Below are positions 39,142 through 49,186 of a stretch of 64,000 nt of DNA, one piece after another. The notes beneath the pieces are model-generated. The model was not told where the DNA came from. It did not search any database and saw only the letters and a list, made by a program, of their open reading frames with translations. The number at the start of each line of letters is the position of its first letter. Within the stretch, counting starts at the first letter, position 1. The position numbers were made by a program, and so were the translations under genes. This DNA comes from Candidatus Cloacimonadales bacterium (GTDB lineage: Bacteria > Cloacimonadota > Cloacimonadia > Cloacimonadales > JAIOQZ01): contig OY762463.1 in the NCBI GenBank assembly GCA_963665815.1, positions 2,016,001-2,080,000 of the forward strand, written 5' to 3'.

Positions 39142-41115
39142 ATGAAGTTTGATCAACACGGTATTGTTGAAATGACTGAGATGAACTACGAAAAAGGTCG
39201 TCCGGCAGCAGCTGATCCTGTGAAAATTCAGGATGTCTCTTTAAGAGACGGACACCAGTCGATTTTTGCTACAAGAGGTAGAACTGAAGACCTTATTACA
39301 ATAGCAGAAGATATGGATAAAGTTGGATTCTGGGCTATGGAAGTCTGGGGTGGAGCAACCTTCGACACAATGCACAGATACCTCAACGAAGATCCATGGG
39401 AAAGAATTCGTGAACTGAAAAAGCATATAAGAAATACACCATTCTCCATGCTCCTGCGTGGTCAGAATCTTGTCGGATACAGAAACTACGCCGATGATGT
39501 TGTGGAAGCATTTGTACAGAGAGCATGTGATAACGGAATCGATATCTTCAGAGTATTCGATGCACTGAACGATTTCAGAAACTTCCAGACTGCTGTAAAA
39601 GTAATCAAGAAAAACGGAAAACACTTCCAGGGAACAGTTTGTTATTCTCTGACCGAACCAAGAATGGGCGGTGACGTATATAATCTGGATTATTATGTAG
39701 ATAAAGCCAAAGAACTGGTAGAAATTGGTGCAGACTCAATCTGTATTAAGGATATGGCAGGACTTATATCTCCTTATGATGCATATAACCTTGTAAAAGC
39801 GTTAAAAGCTAACGTAGAAGTGCCGATTCATCTTCATACTCACTTTACTTCAGGTATGGGTGATCTCGCTATATTCAAGGCAATTGAAGCCGGTGTAGAT
39901 ATTGTAGATACATGTATGGCTCCACTTGCTTACAGAACTTCTCATACTGCAGTTGAGCCTATCGTTGCATCTTTCCTCGGAACAAACAGAGATTCAGGAC
40001 TGGATATCAATTTCCTTGCTGAAATATCCAAGAAAATAGAAAAATTCATCCCTAAATACATGCACTATCTTGATAACACAAAACTTTCGGTTATCGATAT
40101 CAATGTTATTCTGCACCAGACACCGGGTGGAATGCTTTCTAATCTGGTTAATCAGCTTAAACAGATGGACTCACTTGATAAGCTCGAAGAAGTGTTTGAA
40201 ACTCTGCCGGCTGTAAGAAAAGATCTTGGTCAAATTCCTCTTGTGACACCTACAAGTCAGATTGTGGGAATTCAGACAGTTAACAATGTGCTGTTTGACG
40301 GTGAAGGTGAAAACTACACCAGAATTACAGAGCAGGTTAAAGACCTTTGTTATGGACTCTATGGTAAAACAACCAGACCAATGAATCCGGAAGTACAGGC
40401 AAAAGCTCTCGAAGGTTACCCACGTGGAAACGAACCTATCACATGTCGTCCGGGAGATGTAATTGAGCCTGAACTTGAAAAGATCAAAGCAGATATCGGA
40501 GATCTGGCGAAAGATTTAGACGATGTTCTGATCTGTGCTCTGTATCCTGTAACAGGTAAGAGATTCCTCTCCTGGAAATACGGTAAAACAGAACCACCAA
40601 AAGATGTAATGCCGAAAACAATGGAAGAAGTTGAGCTGGAAAAAGCACTTATAGAGAAAGCTCTCAACGGACAGCTTGTTGAGAAAAAAGAGACACTTGA
40701 AAAACCTGATAATCTCAGAACATTCAACGTGTTTATTGATGACGAGCACTTTACAGTTGAAGTTGGGGAAGACGGCGTTCCTGCTGTTGCCGGAGCTCCT
40801 GCTGCAGTTTCTTCTCCCAGAGTACCACAGGTTAAGCCTAAGGCAGCTGCTCCTAAACCAGCTAAGAAAAGGGAAATTATTCCACCAAAGCTTGATGATG
40901 GACAACATGCAATAGTTGCTCCTATTCCCGGAATGATTATTGAATATAAAGTGAGTGTCGGTGACACTGTAAAACCCGGAGACACAATCCTTGTCCTGGA
41001 AGCTATGAAAATGTATAACAACATTGAAGCTCACACGGAAGGTGTAGTAAAGGAAATACCTTTCGGTGCTGGAGATCAGGTACCAAAGGATGCAGTTCTC
41101 TGCGTAATAGAGTAA
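39142..41115 (+). CDS. Pyruvate/oxaloacetate carboxyltransferase (5S/PycB/OadA type) fused to a biotin carrier domain
   Basis: RDGHQS, WGGATFD, KDMAG, HLHTH, PGGM, VTPTSQIVG; Ala/Pro linker; EAMKM biotinylation site. Confidence 0.95.
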   Translation: MKFDQHGIVEMTEMNYEKGRPAAADPVKIQDVSLRDGHQSIFATRGRTEDLITIAEDMDKVGFWAMEVWGGATFDTMHRYLNEDPWERIRELKKHIRNTPFSMLLRGQNLVGYRNYADDVVEAFVQRACDNGIDIFRVFDALNDFRNFQTAVKVIKKNGKHFQGTVCYSLTEPRMGGDVYNLDYYVDKAKELVEIGADSICIKDMAGLISPYDAYNLVKALKANVEVPIHLHTHFTSGMGDLAIFKAIEAGVDIVDTCMAPLAYRTSHTAVEPIVASFLGTNRDSGLDINFLAEISKKIEKFIPKYMHYLDNTKLSVIDINVILHQTPGGMLSNLVNQLKQMDSLDKLEEVFETLPAVRKDLGQIPLVTPTSQIVGIQTVNNVLFDGEGENYTRITEQVKDLCYGLYGKTTRPMNPEVQAKALEGYPRGNEPITCRPGDVIEPELEKIKADIGDLAKDLDDVLICALYPVTGKRFLSWKYGKTEPPKDVMPKTMEEVELEKALIEKALNGQLVEKKETLEKPDNLRTFNVFIDDEHFTVEVGEDGVPAVAGAPAAVSSPRVPQVKPKAAAPKPAKKREIIPPKLDDGQHAIVAPIPGMIIEYKVSVGDTVKPGDTILVLEAMKMYNNIEAHTEGVVKEIPFGAGDQVPKDAVLCVIE

Positions 41116-41161
41116 CAGAAACTTGACAAAAATCTTTTGTCTGGAAAAAGTGAAATAACTC

Positions 41162-41238
41162 GGGTGATTAGCTCAGTTGGTTAGAGTGCTTCGTTGACAT
41201 CGAAGAGGTCACTAGTTCGAATCTAGTATCACCCACCA
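41162..41238 (+). tRNA. tRNA-Val(GAC)
   Basis: Acceptor GGGTGAT/ATCACCC, anticodon arm CTTCG-TTGACAT-CGAAG, TTCGA T-loop, encoded CCA. Confidence 0.97.
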
Positions 41239-41271
41239 TTAGATCATAAAATATCGAATAAAATATCTTAT

Positions 41272-41309
41272 AACAGCAGGTTAGGCAATAAAGTCCAGCC
41301 TGCTGTTTT
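41272..41309 (+). terminator. Hairpin terminator after the tRNA
   Basis: AACAGCAGG..CCTGCTGTT followed by T residues. Confidence 0.6.
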
Positions 41310-41346
41310 CTATTGATTATGATTGTTTTTGACACTTTTTGATTCA

Positions 41347-41379
41347 ATTGGTACCCAGATTGGTACCCACATGGGTACC
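41347..41379. repeat. Candidate integrase arm-type binding sites
   Basis: ATTGGTACCCA twice with 12-bp period, then an inverted copy TGGGTACC. Confidence 0.6.
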
Positions 41380-41421
41380 TTTTTAATTTGACAACTTTGG
41401 AAAAATATTTACTTTTTGAGT

Positions 41422-42504
41422 ATGGAAAGATTAAAGAAATGTATAAATAACTCGGGGTACAAAATTAAAATCAGGCTAAGAAAGCTGAGGACCACAATCA
41501 GTATATTGCTTGAATATAGATATACAAATTCAGAGGGAATTAGAAAAGTAACAAAACTTACATTGGATTCTCATCTCACCGGGGAAAAGAAAAACTTTAC
41601 TAAAGAAAGAGAGTTGCTTAAATCTGCTCATTATATACGAGACAAGTATGAATCACAATTACTTAATAAAGGTGCACAGATATTTGATGACAGGCTTAAC
41701 CACTCTTTGCACTCTTGGATTGAGAAAGAGTTGAAACACTATAAAAAGTCATCTCAAAAACCATGGATCAACCTTCTTGTACATCTGAAAAAATTCAAAC
41801 CTGACCTTGATCTAAATGAGATCTCTATAGAATTTTGTGAAAACTTTAAAGACTATTTGCTGCATAGTACTAATCTTGCTCATAACTCAGCACAAACCTA
41901 TTTTACACGGTTTCGAAGTTCATTAAAGAAAGCTTACGATAGAAAGCTTATCCCAGTCAATGTTTGTCAAAGCATTAAGATATCTGCAAAACCATCTGAA
42001 AAGGTGTTTTTAACTCTTGAGGAACTAAGAATAATAGAAAGCATTGATCACTCTAACAAAGATGTAAAAAATGCTTTCCTCTTCTCCTGTTATTCAGGAT
42101 TAAGATTCTCAGACACAGAGAAACTCAGATTCTCAGATATTGAAAACAATCATATCTCAATAAAAATGCAGAAAACAAATGAATTTCTCAGAATGAAGCT
42201 CCATCCTAAGGCTATGCAGATAATAGAACTTCAAAAAAGAAACCATCAGGAACTTTGCTTCAAACTTGGTGATTATCAAGTATTCTGGAATAAGTTCCAA
42301 AGATTTATCAAGAAGTCAGGGCTCAATAAGAAGATTACTTTTCACACTGCCCGTCACACATTCGCTACACAATGTATATCTTTTGGTGTAGATATCTATA
42401 CTGTATCAAAACTTCTTGGACATAAATCTGTTTCAACAACACAAGTTTATGCAAAGTTGATTGACAGAAAAAAAGATGCTGCAATAGATTCATTGAGATT
42501 TTAG
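41422..42504 (+). CDS. Tyrosine recombinase / site-specific integrase
   Basis: Catalytic set GLRFSD, FHTARH, LLGH, TTQVY; directly downstream of the tRNA. Confidence 0.96.
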   Translation: MERLKKCINNSGYKIKIRLRKLRTTISILLEYRYTNSEGIRKVTKLTLDSHLTGEKKNFTKERELLKSAHYIRDKYESQLLNKGAQIFDDRLNHSLHSWIEKELKHYKKSSQKPWINLLVHLKKFKPDLDLNEISIEFCENFKDYLLHSTNLAHNSAQTYFTRFRSSLKKAYDRKLIPVNVCQSIKISAKPSEKVFLTLEELRIIESIDHSNKDVKNAFLFSCYSGLRFSDTEKLRFSDIENNHISIKMQKTNEFLRMKLHPKAMQIIELQKRNHQELCFKLGDYQVFWNKFQRFIKKSGLNKKITFHTARHTFATQCISFGVDIYTVSKLLGHKSVSTTQVYAKLIDRKKDAAIDSLRF

Positions 42505-42513
42505 ATTCTGTTG

Positions 42514-42825
42514 TTAAACTTTTTTTTCTATATCCCTTCTTGATGGAATTCCCCTCATAAAATTTTTTAAGTCTTTTCTTCTATAAAGAATTGTCCCACC
42601 ATTTTTAGTATAGGGTATTGAATTTTGGTAGTTATAACTATACATGGTGCTTTTCTTCTTATTAAGAAATTTTGCAGCCTCAGTAATTGTCAGTAGATCT
42701 TCATCTGACTCTTCTTTGGTTTTGTCTGCCTTGGTTAGAAACGTCCTCAGGTCGTTCATTATTGGAGTTACAACTTCACTAAACGCTTCTTTTACAATGA
42801 TTCTCAAACTGTCCTCTATATTCAT
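42514..42825 (-). CDS. Excisionase-like helix-turn-helix protein
   Basis: LLTITEAAKFL..KSTMY..IPYTKNGGTILYRRKDL; convergent with the integrase. Confidence 0.88.
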   Translation of the reverse strand: MNIEDSLRIIVKEAFSEVVTPIMNDLRTFLTKADKTKEESDEDLLTITEAAKFLNKKKSTMYSYNYQNSIPYTKNGGTILYRRKDLKNFMRGIPSRRDIEKKV

Positions 42826-43789
42826 TTTGCCCTCAGTCAATAGCTTAAGCAGATTATAAAAAATATTAATTAAGTTTCGACGTTATGTAAAAATACAACA
42901 TTGTTCTAAATTACACTCTACATATTGCATTTATCAATACAATCTCATGATATACAATCTATTATGTCAAACACTTTTTCATTGATAATGTCCTCGAAAG
43001 CTCTTGAACTCATCACAAAAAAAATGTTTTATAGAACTTAAGAAAATAATCAATATTAGCAAAGTGCTAATTTATAGTAAGTAATCCTCAAAAAAGCAGG
43101 TATTAGGATTTTCACGACAGGAACTCGACTTTTCTCAAGTCTTCCCATTATACGAATTTTCCAGTTTTTGACATATTTGAATTAATGGATTGTCAAAATG
43201 AACTTTAGATATTTTGTAGTGTTTATTTTTCGCTACAAAATGTATATTTTCATATAACAAACATTGCAATATAAAATTATATTCACATATTGAGGAGGCT
43301 AACTCAAGGAATTTTAGTATTTTAGTGGGTGTAAAACTGAAAATCTACTTTTCTTTTTCCGCTAATTGTTGACTATGAAATCTCAAAGATAGCTAACTTA
43401 CATATATAAAGAGATTTAGGAGTATATCTTGAATATATAGCAAAATGCTGACAATGTCGATAGCTCAATAAAAAAATCCAAAGCATCAATTGAACTTGGA
43501 CGCTTGAACTGGAAATTTGCATAAATTAAGATCAGAGATTAAAAATTTCAAGAGTAAAACATTATGACTCGACTTTACTCGACTCATCTCGATGCTTTTT
43601 GATAGGTTTTGAGAATACCTATATACCGAAAAAGAATACTTTGAACAATTATAAGTTTCAAGCAAAAGATAAAAGAAATTGTTCCAAAATTTTTTAAAAT
43701 TGTTATTGAAATTGGAAAAGTTAAGCACTAAGATGAATCTTGGCAATAATGAATGGTACAGAAACTGAAGATAAAAATTTCTTGAAGTG

Positions 43790-44075
43790 TTAGAAAAGTA
43801 TGCAAAATCTATTTGCCTCATAATATTCTTCTTCCATTCTCTGTTTAACTAACTGAGCTTTTATGCGTATCATCTGCACATAGTAGTTATATGCGGACTC
43901 TGCTCCGTCAAGCCATGAGCTCGCAGGACGAAGTCCGAGAGTCTCCACTCCGAAGTCTGTATAACGTAAGTTCGAAGACCATAGGAGGTACATTACTTTT
44001 CAAGGAACCGTTTTCCCCAATATATTCAGTTCAAGTCGTGTTCGTCAATAATTTCTCTGTTTTCACCAATAAACT
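43790..44075 (-). pseudogene. Degenerate last Rhs cassette (core remnant + hairpin insert + short tip)
   Basis: FIGENREIIDEHDLN*IYWGKRFL remnant, insert, then LDGAESAYNYYVQMIR.. Confidence 0.75.
43913..43999. repeat. Structured two-hairpin element, copy 1
   Basis: Homologous to 58589-58674; flanked by TCAAG direct repeats. Confidence 0.85.
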
Positions 44076-44100
44076 TATATCAGTATAAGATAAAAAAACT

Positions 44101-45333
44101 CTATTTAAAACATGGATCATAAGTATAAATAGAAATACTCTTGTTTGAAGTATCCCTCTTTTCTTCTTGAAAAACATACAATTTATTAGTATTTATAATA
44201 CACTTTATGATATACATATCTATATCAGGATCAATATAGTAAAACTTTGATTCAGCAGTATCAAATATTCCCGGCTTAAGTGTTGTTCCTTCTCTGTGTA
44301 AGATTATACAGTTTTCAAAAGTAGTGTTCGAGAAATCTGATATTGGATAATATTCATACTCAATTTTCTTGGGATTTAAATTTTCATCTATTTCGAAAAC
44401 TGTTACTAAGCTATCTGATGTACTTCCATATAAAAATAACTTATTATTTTTATCTATCAATGAAAATCTGGAGTATTGACTAATACTATTGTTTACTATT
44501 AGTATATCCGGATTATCATAGTCAAATTCATTGTAATGTTTGATATTAAGAGAGTGTGTATCCAAGCTGAACAGAATATTATTATTAAGAGATACGTCTT
44601 GTTGTTGATGGCCTCTTATTGCTTTTACTCTATTACAACAACTAGCAAACAAGAATAAATTATCATCAATGATACTGACATCATTTGCAGATACGAAGCT
44701 GCCTGAATCAAAATAAAGGATTTCTCCCCATTCACCTTTATCTGACATCTTCGCTATAAAACCAACAGGGTAATCCTCTTTTTGCTTATTTACTTGTTTA
44801 TCCTCAAATTCGGCTGATCCAGTTAATTCTCCAACAATGTAAATTTGATCATATTTGTCCAATGCAACATTGTTTGGTTTACAACTTAACTTTGGATTAA
44901 TACTATTATTCCAGAGTACTGTACTATCAGGAGCAAATTTTATTATAAATGTGGAATTTATTACAGTTTTATATCTTTTCTGCAATTCACAGACCCCACT
45001 AACAATGATATTGTCGGAGTTATCAATATTTATATGCTTAGGATATAAATTATCCTCAAGTAATTTTGACCATAAAATATCTAAATTTTTATCAAACTTT
45101 ACAATATAACTTTTGTGCACAATTATATTCTCAGTCTTGGATTTTTCGTACCTGTATCCAATAAATATACAGTTTCCCAAATTGTCTATTGCAATATTCG
45201 CTACTACAAAATCATGCATAAATTCATTCTTGATCACATATTGGTTACATTCAATATTACTTACCTTTTTATCACCGAATAAATTAATATACAATATCAG
45301 TACAACAAATATACATACAGTTTTTCTTAACAT
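44101..45333 (-). CDS. Exported beta-propeller (SBBP-like) protein, putative immunity protein
   Basis: Signal peptide; repeats IAIDNLGNCIFIG, INIDNSDNIIVSG, VALDKYDQIYIVG; directly follows a toxin tip. Confidence 0.7.
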   Translation of the reverse strand: MLRKTVCIFVVLILYINLFGDKKVSNIECNQYVIKNEFMHDFVVANIAIDNLGNCIFIGYRYEKSKTENIIVHKSYIVKFDKNLDILWSKLLEDNLYPKHINIDNSDNIIVSGVCELQKRYKTVINSTFIIKFAPDSTVLWNNSINPKLSCKPNNVALDKYDQIYIVGELTGSAEFEDKQVNKQKEDYPVGFIAKMSDKGEWGEILYFDSGSFVSANDVSIIDDNLFLFASCCNRVKAIRGHQQQDVSLNNNILFSLDTHSLNIKHYNEFDYDNPDILIVNNSISQYSRFSLIDKNNKLFLYGSTSDSLVTVFEIDENLNPKKIEYEYYPISDFSNTTFENCIILHREGTTLKPGIFDTAESKFYYIDPDIDMYIIKCIINTNKLYVFQEEKRDTSNKSISIYTYDPCFK

Positions 45334-45348
45334 TTAATTCTCCAATTA

Positions 45349-46481
45349 TTATTTTGGTACCCCGAATCGATTACTGTCATAGATATAGTCAGTATTTCTA
45401 TACTCATGCCTATAGTTGTCAAAGGTTCCTTCAGGGCAGAAAGTTTTTAAGTACAATTTTTCAACCCAAGGCATATTGCTAAGATAATCTCTTTTTGACC
45501 AACGTTTCGCCTTCATTGTCTTATCTTCATTCATTGGAATTTTATTCCAAAATGTCTTCCTTTCGCAGAGTGATTTATACTTTTCTATTCCCATTAAGGA
45601 TCTTTGTCCAGCATGAAATGTTTCATGCTGGAAGTTGTGGTAAGGATTTAAATACACTTTTTCGTATGATTTAAAAAAGTGACCTATCAAAGGAATGTGT
45701 GACATAAATTTGCTAAATTTTGTCTCCTGATCAAAAACGTATGTCGAATTATGATCCCATAATATAATATTAGATTTTTTGCCTTCTACAGTAACATAAT
45801 CTCCATTTCTTAATCTGAGAAAACTATTATTTGCATCAATTCCACCTAAGGTTAATTTATCTGAAGGCATATAACATAAAGGGACAAGTACCCCATTAAC
45901 TTTTGTGTTTGATGCAACACATAATGAATTATAATCTTTTTCTGATCCGGTTAGAACTGTATCAACAATTTGATAAATAAGTTCTTCATTGTAATCTTCT
46001 GGACTAATAACTCCGTCTTGATTTACAGCGTAAATGTTATTAATATTTAAGCCATTCTCTCCTATTTGGATAACTAAACCATCTTTTCTAGTTTTTCCTT
46101 CGAGTAATTCCGTTATTGGGTTCTGAATTGTATCATCTTTTTTAAGTTTACTAATGTCTAATTCATAATGTCCTTCTTCTAGCTCATTTGTATTATATCT
46201 CTCCATTGTTGAACCATCCACAGTCGTCCTCCTCCCACTTGTTCTGCTAACCATAAACTGGTCAACAAGTGAGTAGAAGCTTGAATACATAAATTCTGTG
46301 CAAATACTGTTCCAGTTTGCATCAGATAACGCCAAACAGGCATCCACAAAGGAAGCTGTCTGCTCTGCCAAAGCAAGCTTCTCATTAACCATAGCGGACA
46401 CTCTTGCATTCCGCATATTTGCTTCCATTAACGCCTCATTCTTAAGCTGCTCATTACTCTTCCAGTGGCCTCCGTCAATTT
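45349..46481 (-). CDS. Orphan Rhs C-terminal tip, HExxH putative metallopeptidase (ORF from ATG 46428)
   Basis: Begins at IDGGHW; linker A; HETFH; homologous to 57545-58531. Confidence 0.75.
46228..46481 (-). repeat. Linker-A repeat, copy 1
   Basis: About 250 bp nearly identical to 48868-49134, 51433-51697 and 55403-55670. Confidence 0.95.
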
Positions 46482-46541
46482 TTACTCAACCTTTGTGAAA
46501 CAGCAAAGAAAAGCAGTACTCTTTTTCGGTTCATTAATAGA

Positions 46542-46564
46542 GAAAAGCCTGCACAGGGCAGGCT
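46542..46564 (-). terminator. Cassette-end hairpin
   Basis: AGCCTGC-CCTGT-GCAGGCT-TTTC on the minus strand. Confidence 0.8.
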
Positions 46565-46571
46565 GTATAAT

Positions 46572-47981
46572 TTACCTATCTTCTTCCAGAAAAGGGAACT
46601 CATTAGGTGTGATAAGCATATATCCTTTCTTACTTTCTTCACTATAGGAATGTACTTCAGTATTGAATAGAACTCCCAACTTAAATATATTATCCATTTG
46701 CAGGGCACGTTCAGTAAGTTTTAACTCGTTACGTTCTTCTTTTTTTTTAGACCACAGCAATTGGTTTGTGTCACCAACTTTTGCTTCGAAATACTGACAT
46801 TTATAATCCTCAGTTAAAATGTTAGATCCTATACGCTTATCATAATTAGTAATATAGTTATAGCCATATATTGCATCAGATTTGTCTTTTTTTATGTAAT
46901 TGATTACAAAACTATAGTCTGAGTCTATTGAAGCTTCAATCAGCCTTTTCTCGGTAACACGTCCCCTCTTATTTAGAAAAAGCATAGCAAATCCTCTTTC
47001 AAAGTTTGACTTTTCTTTTTTGAATATTTTGTTGGGATTTTCAAAATTTATCAAGTAGGACGCTACTGCTCTTTCCAATTCACAATCATAAACGAGCTTT
47101 GGATTAGCATAGAAAGAGAAATATTTGCACCATTTTGGTTTGCCTTTTTTGTTAACATAAAGGATTGCAACTGCAGAATTCGTAAAAACATTTCTATTGT
47201 TGAATGGAAAAAACGATTTCCCTCCAACGTCAACTTGATCAGTGACTTTACCCATTATATACGAGTTACCATGTTTATCAATAACATGTTTACAACCATA
47301 TCTAAAAGCTTCAAGATTTAACGACCACACAATTTTGCCTTTACTATTTATTTTAACTAAAGTATTATCTCCCCTATTGTTATTATCCAGTTTTTCAAAT
47401 ACTTGATTCGCTAATGTAACATCATTGTAATGGTAAAACTTCAAATAGAAATTATTTGCGGAATCAATAGATTTTGCAGTTAACATTACACGAGTATTCT
47501 TTTCATTTCTCATAACTGTATTCCATGTAACATTACCTTCATTCATATCAATACATGCAAACATTTGAATTTTCTCATTTGGAGTGCTGCCTGAAAAGTA
47601 CTCATTATTGAAATAGAACTCATATCCTCCTAGATGAATAATAACTGAATTTGAGTACTTACTATATCTTGTAGAAATACTTTTGCTCAAACTTTTTTCT
47701 ACTTCTACAGATGCAGAACTTATTATCTCGCTGTTCTCATTATCAATTTTTTGAAATTTCCATTTGATGTAATTAACTTCACTTGAATCACGGAATGATT
47801 CTCGAGGTTTAATTTTTTGCAATGGGTACTTCTTTATTAGAAAAGTGAAACTTTCATCTCTATCAATTATTTCATAATCACATTCTGTATCTATGTTTTC
47901 CAGTCTATATGGAAAATTATCAACGCAAAAGTACGAAACTGTTATACAAAACAACATTACAGATATGATACTTTTTCTCAT
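46572..47981 (-). CDS. Exported beta-propeller-like protein, putative immunity protein
   Basis: GGAGG RBS, signal peptide; LVKINSKGKIVWS, IDKHGNSYIMG, NKKGKPKW repeats. Confidence 0.7.
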   Translation of the reverse strand: MRKSIISVMLFCITVSYFCVDNFPYRLENIDTECDYEIIDRDESFTFLIKKYPLQKIKPRESFRDSSEVNYIKWKFQKIDNENSEIISSASVEVEKSLSKSISTRYSKYSNSVIIHLGGYEFYFNNEYFSGSTPNEKIQMFACIDMNEGNVTWNTVMRNEKNTRVMLTAKSIDSANNFYLKFYHYNDVTLANQVFEKLDNNNRGDNTLVKINSKGKIVWSLNLEAFRYGCKHVIDKHGNSYIMGKVTDQVDVGGKSFFPFNNRNVFTNSAVAILYVNKKGKPKWCKYFSFYANPKLVYDCELERAVASYLINFENPNKIFKKEKSNFERGFAMLFLNKRGRVTEKRLIEASIDSDYSFVINYIKKDKSDAIYGYNYITNYDKRIGSNILTEDYKCQYFEAKVGDTNQLLWSKKKEERNELKLTERALQMDNIFKLGVLFNTEVHSYSEESKKGYMLITPNEFPFLEEDR

Positions 47982-47989
47982 TTTTCCTC

Positions 47990-49134
47990 CTAATAATTTC
48001 CGAAAATATCCTTTGCTCTTTTATATCTCGGTTGTTCTCCATACACTTTATCAACATTATGAATAAATCTTTCCTGCAGATTTGGATTTGGATCGTAGCT
48101 CTTTTCAAATATCCACATGAATTTTTTCTTAGTAATAAAGTCCTTTGAAACATTTTCCATAATTTTACCAGCTCGCTCCATAGTATCTTTCTCAAATTGA
48201 AACTGATAATTTGTTCTATTGTCATAATCCTTATCAACTTTTTTCGATCTATATTTTACCCATGAATTATGTGTGTGAGATCTGGCATCATAAGCATGTC
48301 CAGTTTCATGTACATATGCATCAAAAGGAGTTGCAGTTTCATAACCGATATTCCAATCAACATGTTCACCCTTTCTATCTAATTTCATGAATTCAGCATA
48401 TTGTCTAGGCTCAATAAAAGTATCTCCATACTCAACATTATCGCTGAGATTCAACGCAATATAGGCTTTCAGTTTTCCATCAGCAGGGAATTGAAGGAAA
48501 CAATAGCTTTCTCCATTATTGTATATTTCAGCATCAAAATAGATTCTTTCCACATCCTTAAAATTATGCAGTTCGAGATCAATACCTTCTGGTCCACCGA
48601 GAAACCAATTTGTGTCAATACACTTATTAAGCTTTTCCATGAACTCCAAGCTAGTGAAACCCGAAACTTTTAGATTCTCAACATCATTTTTTGTTATTTC
48701 AATTAAATTGAATTCAGCATCATAATAACTGCCTATTTTATCTGAATGTTCCTCTTGAAGTTCTAATGAATCCGCAATTGCTTCAGGTAGTAAACTTTCC
48801 ATTTCATTGACTTTATCGTTTTTGTATTTTTGAGAATAGTCTCCATTAAGACTTCCAGCACCATCTACTCCACTCTTCCTCCCACTTGTTCTGCTAGCCA
48901 TAAACTGGTCAACAAGTGAGTTGAAGCTTGAATACATAAATTCTGTGCAAATACTGTTCCAGTTTGCAACAGATAACGCCAAACAGGCATCCACAAAGGA
49001 AGCTGTCTGCTCTGCCAAAGCAAGCTTCTCATTAACCATAGCGGACACTCTTGCATTCCGCATATTTGCTTCCATTAATGCCTCATTCTTAAGCTGCTCA
49101 TAACTCTTCCAGTGGCCTCCGTCAATTTCTACAT
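47990..49134 (-). CDS. Orphan Rhs tip, HExxH putative metallopeptidase (ORF from ATG 49075)
   Basis: Starts at VEIDGGHW; linker A; YVHETGHAYD. Confidence 0.75.
48868..49134 (-). repeat. Linker-A repeat, copy 2
   Basis: Near-identical to the other three copies. Confidence 0.95.
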
Positions 49135-49154
49135 AACCTTAGCGTAATAGTCAA

Positions 49155-49177
49155 GAAAAGCCTGCACAGGGCAAGCC
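49155..49177 (-). terminator. Cassette-end hairpin
   Basis: Plus strand GAAAAGCCTGCACAGGGCAAGCC, same family as 46542. Confidence 0.7.
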
Positions 49178-49186
49178 AAAATATCC

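Noticed and set aside
41422-42504. Integrase as integron IntI or shufflon invertase
   Set aside because: It looks like an ordinary tRNA-targeting integrase with an xis partner; no visible IntI-specific insertion, no canonical attC boxes, and all cassettes are co-oriented. A role in cassette shuffling is untested
42841-43790. AT-rich gap including ORF 43486-43821
   Set aside because: Only short stop-riddled frames; may be a decayed gene but no family is recognisable
43790-43993. 67-aa ORF reading through the hairpin element as a real gene
   Set aside because: The equivalent frame in the second copy has a TAG; conservation follows base pairing, not codons
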